From the NCBI GenBank assembly GCA_963768865.1, contig CAVYJL010000008.1:9307-73306 (forward strand): DNA of 64,000 bases, given 5' to 3'. This stretch comes from an uncultured Coriobacteriia bacterium (GTDB taxonomy: Bacteria; Actinomycetota; Coriobacteriia; Anaerosomatales; CAVYJL01). The notes under the pieces are model-generated. The model made no database searches, was not told the origin of the DNA, and saw only the letters and a list, made by a program, of their open reading frames with translations. Every line of letters starts with the position of its first letter. Position 1 is the first letter of the stretch. A program made the translations under genes and the position numbers. Of this stretch, positions 21,500 through 31,621 are shown piece after piece.

Positions 21500-22723
21500 A
21501 TGGGAAGCTACATTCGCTCGCGTTGGATCTCAGAGGCCGTCAGCGGTGTGCCGCGCGCCGAACGCCGTTCATGCGAGTACGGCGCCTACGTCCCAGGCCC
21601 CCTTGTGGGCTGGGCGTTTCGCCTGGACGGCGAGGTCGCTGCCGACGTGGCCGACGCGGAAGCCGCGATCGCCCGCCTGGACACACGCGTGGAGGCGCTC
21701 ACCGACACCGAGGCGCTCGCGCGACTCCTCCTGCGTGCCGAGAGTGTCGCTTCCTCACGGATCGAGGGCCTGGAGATCGGTCCCCGGCGCCTGATGCGCG
21801 CCGAAGCCGCACGGCAGATCGGTGAACCGCCCGGGGACCTGACCGCCGAGGAGATCCTCGGCAACATCGACGCCATGCGCAGCGCGCTGGAAGCGGCGGA
21901 ACGCGCCGACGCCATCACGACCGACACGCTGCTGGAGATCCATCGCTGCCTGCTCAAAAGCACCCGCCTCCAAGCGCACGCCGGCAAGGCTCGCAAGGTC
22001 CAGAACTGGGTGGGCGGCAACGACTACAACCCCTGCGCGGCGACCTACGTGCCACCGCCTCCCGAGCTCGTACCCGAGCTCCTCGGCGATCTCAGTGCGT
22101 TCTGCAACTCCGACATGCTGCCCGCGGTGGCCCAGGCGGCCATCGCGCACGCGCAATTCGAGCTGATCCACCCGTTCGCCGACGGCAACGGCAGGGCGGG
22201 ACGCGCGCTCATCCATCTCATACTCCGGCGCCGCGGACTCTCGGCACGCGTGCAACCCCCCGTCTCACTCGTCCTTGCGGCCCGGGCTCAAGAGTATGTC
22301 CGCGGTCTGACAGCATTCCGGTTCGACGGGGCGTCCGATTCGCCCCAGGCCCACGAGGGGCTGAACACCTGGGTGGGCATCTTCGCCGCCGCCTGCGTCA
22401 GGGCGGTCGAGGATGCTGCCTCGTTCGAAGACCGCTGCCGCTGGATCGAGGCCGCGTGGCGCGAGCGCTTGGGACGAGTCCGGTCTGGATCCTCGGTGGA
22501 CCTGCTGCTTCGGATGCTGCCGGGCACGCCGATCGTCAGCGTGAGGAGCGCGACGGACGTGCTGGGGCGAAGCAAACCACAGGTGAACGAGGCCGTGGCG
22601 CGGCTGGAGCAGGCTGGGGTCCTCAAGCAGGTGACGGTAGGCAAGCGCAACCGCGCGTTCGAGGCACCGGATGTCATCGCAGCGTTCGCCGACCTGGAGG
22701 AGCAGCTGGCAAGCTCGCGGTAG
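21500..22723 (+). CDS. Fic-family protein with N-terminal inhibitory motif and C-terminal HTH-like region
   Basis: HPFADGNGRAGR catalytic motif; SSRIEG. Confidence 0.92.
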   Translation: MGSYIRSRWISEAVSGVPRAERRSCEYGAYVPGPLVGWAFRLDGEVAADVADAEAAIARLDTRVEALTDTEALARLLLRAESVASSRIEGLEIGPRRLMRAEAARQIGEPPGDLTAEEILGNIDAMRSALEAAERADAITTDTLLEIHRCLLKSTRLQAHAGKARKVQNWVGGNDYNPCAATYVPPPPELVPELLGDLSAFCNSDMLPAVAQAAIAHAQFELIHPFADGNGRAGRALIHLILRRRGLSARVQPPVSLVLAARAQEYVRGLTAFRFDGASDSPQAHEGLNTWVGIFAAACVRAVEDAASFEDRCRWIEAAWRERLGRVRSGSSVDLLLRMLPGTPIVSVRSATDVLGRSKPQVNEAVARLEQAGVLKQVTVGKRNRAFEAPDVIAAFADLEEQLASSR

Positions 22724-22800
22724 GCTGCAGCGCTGCGCCTCGTGAGCGAAGGCCCTGGCCGAGAACAGCGGGCCTGCGCACCCTCCGCTATCCTTCGACC

Positions 22801-23434
22801 ATGCGCATCTACGACATCACGGTCCCGCTCGGACCGGGCACCCACATCTGGGACGACGACGCGCCGCGCTTCCACGCGCGCTACAGCCTTGCCGAGGGGG
22901 ACTTCGGCAACGTGACGGATCTCGAGATGGGCGCGCATTCGGGAACGCACACCGACGCTCCATCGCACTTCGTGGCGGGCGGGGCCACGATCGACCAGCT
23001 GCCGCCGGACACGCTCGTGGGGCCGGCACTGGTCGTGGCGCACACCGGGGCCGGGCACATCTCGGCGCGGGACCTGGACGCCCTCGGCGTGGACGGCCGT
23101 CACGAGCGTGTCCTGTTCAAGACGTCGAACGGGAAGCTGTTGGACTCGCCTTCGTTCCGTCGTGACTTCATCGCTCTGGACGCGAGCGCGGCGGCGCGTC
23201 TGGTCGAGCTCGACGTGCGACTGGTCGCGATGGACTACCTATCCATCGAGGCGTACGAGGGCGGCAACGCCTCGCCGGTGCACCACACGCTCATGGAAGC
23301 CGGGATCGTCGATCCTGGAGGGCGCCGACCTGCGGGAAGTGCCTCCGGGCGAGTACCTGCTCGTGTGCGCCCCCATCAAGCTCGTCGGGGTTGAGGGCGC
23401 GCCCACACGGGCGTTTCTGATCGAAGGGCGCTGA
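22801..23434 (+). CDS. Cyclase family protein (kynurenine formamidase-like); indel near 23310
   Basis: HSGTHTDAPSHF, DYLSIE, VHHTL, PIKLVGVEGAPTRA. Confidence 0.88.
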
Positions 23435-23529
23435 GCCCGCTGCGGCCCCGCCCGAGCCGCGAATGACATCATGACGCATTAACGATATCATTCCGGCGTT
23501 ATGTGATTCATTCTTCCGAGGGAGGCGCC

Positions 23530-24588
23530 ATGCGCGGTTCGTTCGGACCAAGCCACCTCGAGAACACCACCGTGCCCATGTCCACGTGTCCGATCGATCG
23601 CGCTCCTCGGGAGAGTACAAGGGCAAGCAGCAGCTCTTCGAGAAGCAGTCGCCGCAGGTGCTGAGCGCACTGCGTGAGGTCGCGCGGGTCCAGAGCATCG
23701 AGTCGTCGAACCGGATCGAGGGCGTCACCGCGGCGACGGGACGAGTCGCCGAGCTGGCGGCCGAGAAGACGACGCCCAGGGACCGGTCCGAGCAGGAGAT
23801 CGCCGGCTATCGCGACGTGCTGTCCACCGTCCACGCCAACGCGCTCGGCATGCACGTCTCGACCGGGCTGATACTCCAGCTGCATCGGGACCTCTACCAG
23901 TTCTCGCCCACTCCGGGCGGGGCGTGGAAGAGCACTGCCAACGACATCGTCGACGTCCTGCCCGACGGGACGCACCGCCTGAGGTTCAGCCCTGTCGCGC
24001 CGCACCTCGTCGAGCACGGCGATGAACGAACTGGTCACGGGCTACGATGCCGTAGTGTCCGGAGGGCAGGTGGACTCGCTGATCGCGGTCCCCGCCTTCG
24101 TGCTCGACTTCCTGTGCATCCACCCGTTCTCCGACGGCAACGGACGGATGTCGCGCATCCTGAACCTCATGCTGCTCTACCAGTGCGGGCTACGACGTCG
24201 GCCGTTACATCAGCCTCGAGAAGGTCATCGAGGACTCCAAGGAGACCTACTACGAGGCGCTCGAGGCGTCGTCCGAGGGCTGGCACGAGGGCCGGCACGA
24301 CCTCGTGCCCCTGGCTCCAGTACTCGCACGGCGTTCTCATCGCCGCGTACATGGAGTTCGAGCAGCGAGTCGGGCAGATGGGGACGGGGCGCGGGGCCAA
24401 GCGCGAGATGGTGATCGACTGCATCCGGCATCTCCCGGCGACCTTCCGCTACGCCGACGTCGAGCGAGCCTGTCCCGGAGTGAGCCGTCCCACGATCGTG
24501 CGAGTGCTCGGCGAGCTCAGGCGACAACGGTGAGATCCGCTGCATGAAGGGCGGGCGCGATGCGACGTGGGAGCGAACGAGTCAGTGA
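23530..24588 (+). CDS. Second Fic-family protein; several indels
   Basis: EYKGKQQLF, SIESSNRIEG, LDFLCIHPFSDGNGRMSR; C-terminal wHTH-like CPGVSRPTIVRVL. Confidence 0.85.
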
Positions 24589-24594
24589 GTCATT

Positions 24595-24627
24595 AACGAT
24601 ATCACTGGCGGGCCCGGTGATATCGTT
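24595..24627. terminator. Hairpin between the convergent fic and antitoxin genes
   Basis: aacgatatcactgg-cgggc-ccggtgatatcgtt. Confidence 0.5.
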
Positions 24628-24650
24628 TAGCCGAGGCGCCCCGGGGGTCG

Positions 24651-24959
24651 TTACGCGCAGTGATCCTTTGCGGTCTCCTGCTCGCGCGCACCGAGCCCAA
24701 CCGTGAGTCGGCTGCCGAGAGCGTGCGCAACCAGCGCCATCGTGCTCAGAGTCGGGCTCGACCTGTGCTGCAAGAGCTGGGAAACGCGGGCCCGACTGAC
24801 ACCGAGCCGCCTCGCGAGGTCCGCTTGCGAGATGCCCTGCTCCCGCATGATGCGCGCGGCGTCGTTGGTGAACGCGCTGACCGCGCGCTCGTGCTCGTAG
24901 GCGACCCTGCCGGCGTCGTCCTCGATGAGAGCGTCAAGCCGTGTACGCAGGTCAGACAT
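24651..24959 (-). CDS. XRE-family HTH antitoxin (HigA-like), copy 1
   Basis: GISQADLARRLGVSRARVSQLL...PTLSTM. Confidence 0.85.
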   Translation of the reverse strand: MSDLRTRLDALIEDDAGRVAYEHERAVSAFTNDAARIMREQGISQADLARRLGVSRARVSQLLQHRSSPTLSTMALVAHALGSRLTVGLGAREQETAKDHCA

Positions 24960-25163
24960 ACATCTCGCCCTCCTCTAAGAAGCGGTCGATCAGCGCCTTG
25001 ACCGTCCGCATCGTTTCGTTGGATCGCTTATCGCTGTCGGTCTTGTCTTCAATCCGCGCTATTACCAGGCCGCGTGACGTCTCAAAGGCGTAGGCGCGGC
25101 ACGCCCGCGACCCGACCCGGTCACGAGCATCCATGTCGCTCGCCCGATTCCCTCGGCCCTCAT
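24952..25163 (-). pseudogene. RelE/ParE-like toxin, copy 1, with an internal deletion
   Basis: Matches both ends of 34859..35242 but is 212 nt instead of 384 nt, and the junction is out of frame. Confidence 0.75.
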
Positions 25164-25420
25164 GTCCGAGTTCCCGGCGGCACCATGATTGTAAACAAAT
25201 ACGTTGACATCAGTCTACCGTCTCCCGGCAGCCCCGCTCCCTCGACTATCGAGCCATGAGCTGCTGACCAGGGTCTTACTCCAGGGTTACCGAGCGGGCG
25301 GACCCGATGGCGCCCGCGCGTCGGGCGACGCTTGCCGCTGAGCGGGACCCGGCCGATGCCCCACCTGTTAGGCCGTTTCTCGCGGTATGCAGCCGCGTGC
25401 CCCGTGCGGAGGTGGTCGTG

Positions 25421-26726
25421 ATGACCCGTTCCCGGAGATTCACTCGGCCGGTGGCCCTGGTGGCCGTCCTGGCACTTGCCCTGTCGCTGGTGCTCGGATC
25501 GGTGGGCGGAGCCTCGGCAACGGTTGCGACCGCGGATCCGACGCGACTGTCCACGCCCGAGAAGCTGGTGTTCGTGCACCACTCCACGGGCGAGGCGTGG
25601 CTTGCCGACGACTACGGCGCGCTGGGCAAGATGCTGCTCGCCAACGGCTATTTCGTGAGCGACACCAACTACGGCTGGGGGCCCACGGTCGCGGGCGACG
25701 CGATAGGCAGCCACACGGACATCGGCGACTGGTGGACGTGGTTCCGCGGGCCTAGCGCGAGCGTGATCACGACGGCGCTCTACACGAGCTACGGGCAGAA
25801 CTGCAGCTACTCGCGGGGACGCGACCCGGGCGGGCCCAACCGCATCATCGTGTTCAAGAGCTGCTTCCCCAACTCGGAGCTGGGCGGCCTCCCCGGCGCG
25901 GCGATCCCGACGATCACCGCGAACCCGATGCGCGGCAAGTCGGCGGGCGACGCATCGTACACGGTGGCCAACGCCAAGGGCATCTACCGTGACCTGCTCA
26001 ACTACTTCGCGACCAGGCAGGACCGGTTGTTCGTGCTCATCGTCTCACCGCCGATGACGAGCATCCCGCACGCGTCCAACGCCCGGGCCATGGCCGATTG
26101 GCTCGTCTCGCCCACCGGGTGGCTGGCGGACTATCCGTACGCGAACGTGGCCGTGTTCGACTACTACAACGTGCTCACGAGCAACGGCGGGAGCACGTAC
26201 AAGAACGATTACGGGACGGTGGGGCGCAACCATCACCGGTACCGCAACGACGTGATCGAGCATACGCACACGGTTGCGAACAACTTGCTCGCGTACCCGT
26301 CGGCGGGCGGCGACTCGCATCCCAGCCGCCAGGGCGATCTCAAGGCGACCGCCGAGTTCATCCCGCTGCTCAACGCGGCGTACAACCGCTGGCGCGTGGC
26401 CACGGCGCCTGCCAGGCAAGGCGTACATCACACTGTCGAAGCCGGCGTGCTCGCCCGCGCCCGCGCGCAACGTGTGGTTCACCGCGTCCGGGACGATGAG
26501 CGCGCCGCACGCGACGGCGGGTGTCGTGACGGTGCAGCTGCGCAAGCTCGTGAGCGGCGTGTATCAGACGTACGCGACGGGTTCGGCGCCGGTGGCCGCG
26601 GGGTCGCAGTCGTTCTCGGCACCGTTCCGGATCACGAGCGCGGGCACGTACGCGATCCGGTTCGTGCACGCCGACGCGGATCATCTGTCGCAGACGAGCG
26701 TGTGGGTGACGTTCGTGGTGCGGTGA
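25421..26726 (+). CDS. Secreted hypothetical protein; indel near 26410
   Basis: Signal peptide, LVFVHHSTG, IIVFKSCFPNS, FDYYNVLT, GDSHP; beta-rich C-terminus in a second frame. Confidence 0.6.
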
Positions 26727-26766
26727 GGGGCGACAGCGCCAAGGCCCGAAGCGAGCGACCGCCCTG

Positions 26767-27382
26767 TCAGGACCGTGCGAACTGCAGCAGGGGCGCGTAG
26801 TCGTAGCTCTCGTCCGCGATCCGCAGCGCGCCCAGATAAGTGCGACGCGTTTCGCCCGGACTGCTCAGGTTCTCCGACCCCCAGCTGAAGGCCGGACTCG
26901 CCGAGGGCCTGCACCAGGAGATCCGCCGCCAGCCGGGAGTGGCGCCCGTTGCCGTTAGCGAACGGGTGGATCACGACGAGGCGATGGTGGAACCGGACGG
27001 CGAGCTCATCTGGAGACCATGGCAGGCTACCGGCATCCGCGGTCTGAGCGGCCACGTCGGCGAGCAGGTCGCGGACCTGGGTCGAGATGTGCGGCCAGTG
27101 CGCACCCATGTTCGTGTCGTGCTGCCTGTAGCTGCCGGCCCACTTCCAGACGTCGCCGAACATGCGCCTGTGCAGGGTCTTCATCGACTCCTCGGCCAGG
27201 AGGGACGCGAGGTAGGCCATCTGGGGACTGGTCGACGCCCACGCCAGAGCCCTGAGGATGTTCTCCTGCTCGACGGCGTTGAGGTCTGCCCGAGTGGCGA
27301 CCCACGTCGGGATCAGCCCCTTCGCCTCATCCGGCGTGAGAGGAGTCGCGCCCTCGGGCTCTCGGAACAGATCCGCGCTCAT
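26767..27382 (-). CDS. Mobile mystery protein B (Fic domain); indel near 26890
   Basis: EPEGATPLTPDE, LHRRMFGDVWKWAG, IHPFANGNGRHSRL; ATGA overlap with the upstream HTH gene. Confidence 0.88.
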
Positions 27383-27849
27383 CCCTTCGGCGCCGGTTGC
27401 GACCAAAGACGTCGCGAATCAATAAGCGCCTCGAGCTGAGTTCGCACGGATGAAGGCAGCGGTTCGCCCTCTTGCGCTTCAAGCGCCATCGTCTGGTTGG
27501 CGCGCCTCAGCTGCTCGTCGAGGATCGTCTCAGCTTGCCGCTCGACCGTCTGCTGCAAGGTGCTGTTCGGGATGAACGCGTAGACCAGCGTGCAGTCCAT
27601 GGCCTCCGCGGCGCGTCGGAGTGTCGAAAGGCGAACGCCCCCGTCCATCTCTTTGGTCTCCAGCGAGCGGACTGCGGGCCCCGTTACGCCCATGCGAGCG
27701 GCAAGATCGGCGGCCGTCATGCCGAGGGCATCCCTGATCGCCCGCACCCACCCGAGCCGAGGCGGCGCATATCGTGAAGGCGGCCCGAGCGGGACGAGTC
27801 GCTGATCGAGCGCTTCGCGCGCTCGCCTGGCATCGGCCGGAGTGGGCAT
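27379..27849 (-). CDS. Mobile mystery protein A (XRE HTH)
   Basis: PPRLGWVRAIRDALGMT, LRRAAEAMDCTLVYAFIP, TMALEAQ, RRLW. Confidence 0.88.
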   Translation of the reverse strand: MPTPADARRAREALDQRLVPLGPPSRYAPPRLGWVRAIRDALGMTAADLAARMGVTGPAVRSLETKEMDGGVRLSTLRRAAEAMDCTLVYAFIPNSTLQQTVERQAETILDEQLRRANQTMALEAQEGEPLPSSVRTQLEALIDSRRLWSQPAPKG

Positions 27850-27934
27850 TAGCAACCTTTCTTGCTATCATCGCATCCGTATTAGCAAGTATCGTTGCTA
27901 CTTCTTCCCCCGTCAATAGCTGCTGCGTTTGCTA
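27850..27934 (-). promoter_or_regulatory. Sigma70-type promoter overlapped by three TAGCAA-N6-TTGCTA palindromes
   Basis: Sites at 27850-27867, 27883-27900 and 27917-27934 (third degenerate). Minus-strand TTGACG-N17-GATACT at 27916-27888. Confidence 0.75.
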
Positions 27935-27953
27935 TTCACGTGGCCGAGACCGT

Positions 27954-29919
27954 CTACGCGTAGACCCTTCGCTCGGCGGCCGAGGTGAAGGCGTCCATCT
28001 GCAGCTGGACGTCCCTCTGAGACGAAGAGGCTGTTCGGCGGCTCTCAAGAGCGGCGTCTCCACCCACGCCGGCCTTCTCTGGCCCAGCGATTCCGCCAAG
28101 CACTCGGATCAGGGTGTCGATATCGTCCGTCGCTGTTCTCGATGCCCAGGCTCACCCGGACGACGCCGGGCAGCTCGATGCGATGGAACACGGTCAGGAT
28201 CAGCGCCCTGGATCTGCTCCGCCCACGGCGGGATCGCCGATCATGCGCTTGACCGTCAGATGGGCGCAGTGGCAGCCGGATCGCACGCCGATCCCGCCGC
28301 GCGCGGCCAGTTCCCGAGCCACGTTGTGGGAGATGACGCCCTTCAGAGTCGAAGGGAATGACACCGCCCTTGTCGAGCGAACGAGGCCGAGCTCCGGGTT
28401 CGCGATCCCGAAGACCTTGAGGCCCGGGAATCGTGCGCCATGCCGAGCAATGCCCGCGCGGTCAGCGCCTGCTCCTCCTCCTGGATCACGTCCAGGCCGA
28501 TCCGCTGCAGCAGCACGAGCGCCTTGCCCAGCGCGGCGATGCCCCCGACGTTCTCCTCGCCGGACGACCGGATCAGTTCCATCTCGGCGGGGCTGAAGTC
28601 GAGCAGCCCCTTTCTGGCCACCAGCACGCCGGTGCCGAACGGCGCGTACGCCTTGTGGGCCGAGAAGGCGAGGTAGTCGATGCCGCTGCTCTCCATCGCG
28701 ACCTTGCGGTGGGCGACCAGCTGCGCCGCATCCACCAGCAGGCGAGCCCCGTATCGGTGCAGCGATCCGACCGATCCCGGCCAGGTCGTTGAACACGCCG
28801 AGGACGTTGGACGCGCCGCTCACGGCGACGAGCGTGACACGCTTCGCGACCGTGCTCGCCTCGCTCGTTGTACTCACGCAGGAGCGCCTCCAGCTCGCCC
28901 GGATCCACGAAGCCCTCGGCATCGATCGGCAGGCGGATCAGCGTGGCGCCGGGAACCGCGCGCCACGGCAGCTCGTTGGAGTTGTGCTCGAGTAGCGTGT
29001 TGATCACGACCGGCTCGGCGCCGGGCTCGGACTCGCGCTGCTCAGGCTCTCGGCCACCAGGTTGATGGCCTCGGTCGTGTTGGAGGTGAAGAGCACGTCG
29101 TAGTCCGACGACGGCGCGCCCAGGAGGTCGGCGCAGACGGTCTTGACCTCCTGGGACGATCGCCTGCTGCACGTGCGTCGGGCTGACGCCACGTCTGGCG
29201 GACGGCGTCCCAGATCGGCTCGAACGTGGGCGTGCTGGCGCCGTTGTCCAGGTTGACGTAGGGACAGGCGCCTTGGGCCGTCGGGACACGCGCACATCGC
29301 GGCCGATGAGGGTCTGCCGAAGTTCGTCCAGCAGCCCTCGGCCGGAGTATGCGTCGAGCTCGTCGTGGTGCACGATCTCGGTGGCGGTGAGCGTCTCGGC
29401 GGCTGCATCCTCGAAGGCGTCGGTCCCGAAGCGCTGGGTCAGGCGCAGTGCCTTGGCGAACGCGATGACGTTGACGATCGCGGGCGTGCCGGCCTCGAAC
29501 CGGTCCGGTGCGGAGGCCCAGATGACCCAGTCGGGGCCACGAGCCTCGCTGTCCCGCCCCCGGTCTGAAGAGCGGCGTGGCCTTGGCCAGCGCCGCTTTG
29601 TCCGACAGCCAACGCCGTCACGCCCAGCGGTAGGCCGATGTCTCGGCTCGATATGCACTTGATAGCTTCCAGGCGCGAGGTGCGCCTCGAGCGCCTCGGC
29701 TCGCCTAGGCGTGCAGAAGATGACCGTGTACCTGCCGGCGTTCAGGCCCAGGTACTCGAGAACGACGTCCCTGGCCTTGTCGAACAGGCGCGTGGACACG
29801 ACCGAGTTGTGCCCGCTGCCGCGGTGGACGTTGGAGTAGGTCTCCAGCGCCGCATGCACTCCCCGCTCGAGTTCTTCAAACGCCTCCGCTGTTCGGATGT
29901 CACGAGTCTCGGTCAGCAT
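27954..29919 (-). CDS. Class V aminotransferase / SufS-like PLP enzyme with a partly duplicated domain; many indels
   Basis: YSNVHRGSG, FEAGTP, YVNLDNGAST, FTSNTTEAIN, EHNSNELPW, DAAQLVAH, FSAHKAYAPFG and RSGCHCAH, spread across frames. Confidence 0.75.
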
Positions 29920-29957
29920 GGTGGATTACCTCCATGGATGTTTCAGATGAGAAGGGA

Positions 29958-30689
29958 TCACTCGCACAGGTCGACGCTGCGAAGTCCCGCGAACGTCGCG
30001 GCCGTGCCGGCCGCGAACAGCAGGACCGAGAGCGCGACGGCGAGCCACGACGCACCGCCTGCCGGAGGCGAGCGTCGTCGGAAGGAACCAGGGGAGCGCC
30101 CGCACGGGTGCGAACCCGCCGAGGGCGAGCACGACGACCTGGATCGCGATACCGAGCCCGAGCGCCGGCAACACGCCGCGGAACCGGATCGGCCGCCCAG
30201 GCCACGAGCGGCAGCGTCGCGATGGCGGCAAGAGCCGAGCCCAGAGCCGCGCCCACGGTGGTCGCCGAGCCTGGGTCCAACGAGGACGTCGCCAGCACGG
30301 CGCGCATCGCGACGTCGGCACCCCAGCCCAGCAGCGAGAGCACCAGACGCGAGGCCTGCGATGACGATCGCGCGAGCGACCACCACCGCGTCGCGCCGCA
30401 CGGGCGCCGTCAGGATCAGGTCGATGTTGCCGTCCTCGAAGTCACGCCCGAACACGTACGCCGTCACGATGAGATAGGCGAGCAGCGCCAGCGGAACGGC
30501 CGCATCGCTCCAGCCCATAGCGCCAGGGACGAAGGGAAGCCCCCGCAGCTCGGTGCGTCCGATCGCGTGGGTGATCCACGCCAGCGTGCGCGCCAGCGAC
30601 CGACCCGCCCACGACCAGCAGCACGGCCAGCCACACCACCAGCGAGCGACGCAACGCGGCGACCTCGGCCGGATCAGTCGCCCGATCAC
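29958..30689 (-). CDS. ABC-2 type transporter permease; indels
   Basis: Multiple TM helices and FGRDFEDGNIDLILTAPVRR; overlaps the ATPase stop. Confidence 0.7.
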   Translation of the reverse strand: MIGRLIRPRSPRCVARWWCGWPCCWSWAGRSLARTLAWITHAIGRTELRGLPFVPGAMGWSDAAVPLALLAYLIVTAYVFGRDFEDGNIDLILTAPVRRDAVVVARAIVIAGLASGALAAGLGCRRRDARRAGDVLVGPRLGDHRGRGSGLGSCRHRDAAARGLGGRSGSAACCRRSGSVSRSRSSCSPSAGSHPCGRSPGSFRRRSPPAGGASWLAVALSVLLFAAGTAATFAGLRSVDLCE

Positions 30690-31620
30690 TGCGGGGCCGC
30701 CTCTCCACTCGAGAGACGCTCGAGAAGGTCCTCGAGCGAGCCCGCGTTCACGGACAGGCGGGTCACTTCGATACCCTCGGCGACCAGGGCGGCGTTGATC
30801 TCGCTGATCCGCGTGCCGGGGACGTAGATCCTGATCAGGTGCTCCTGGCACACGGCGAAGTCGGTAAGGCCGAGCCGCTCCTCGAGCACGAGCGCGGCAC
30901 GCGGCGGGTCGGACACGACCACCTCGACGTGCTCGCGGCCGCGCTCGCGCAGGCCCTCGCGGTCGAACTCTGCGACGAGCCTGCCGCCTCTCATCACGCC
31001 GACGCGCGAGGCCAGCTCGACGACACCGTCGGCGACGCGCGTGGCGACGATCATCGTGAGCTCGCGCTCCACGGACAGCATGCGCAGCAACTCCAGGATG
31101 CGACGGCGCTCGACGCCCCCGAGACCGCGCGTGGGCTCGTCGAGCACCAGCAGCTCCGGGCTGTGCGCGATGGCTCGCGCGATGCCGAGCAGGCGGCGGT
31201 CGTCGTCGCCCAGCGAGTGCGCGGGCTCCTCGGCGAGAGCGTCGATGCCCACGAGGCTGAGCGCACGCTGCGTCGCCGCCTCGGTGTCGTCGATGCCGGC
31301 GAGATAGAGGCTGGTCTCGACGTCGCGACGGACGCTCAGGCCTCGGCGCACCGGTGGGTCGGCAGGCAGGAAGCCAACGCGTGCGAAGACGCGGTAGGCG
31401 CCCGGCCCCGCGACTCGGCACCCATGATCCGAGCCGAGCCCGTGTCCGTAATCGCGAGCCCCACGAGCGCTCGCAGGAGGGCGGTCTTGCCGGAACCCGC
31501 CTCTCCCACGAGCGCGTAGAGGTCCCCGCGCGCCACGGAAAGCGACACGTCGTCGAGGAGGATCCGCCTGCCATGCGTCTTGGACAGGCGGATCGCCTCG
31601 ATGAGGACTGACTGGTCCAC
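30686..31620 (-). CDS. ABC transporter ATP-binding protein (BcrA-like, degenerate signature); indels
   Basis: GEAGSGKT, LLVLDEPTRGL, SLEDL. Confidence 0.75.
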
Positions 31621-31621
31621 G

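Larger units (their letters stand above)
24646..25291 (-). repeat. Direct repeat copy 1 of the TA module and its upstream region
   Basis: Visible DNA similarity to 34553..35368, including gattgtaaacaaatac.ttgaca and ctgctgacca...cttac...agggttacc. Confidence 0.85.

Noticed and set aside
24591..24631. Hairpin as an integron attC site
   Set aside because: Shorter than typical attC sites, poor match to RYYYAAC/GTTRRRY, no integrase and no recurring sites between other genes.
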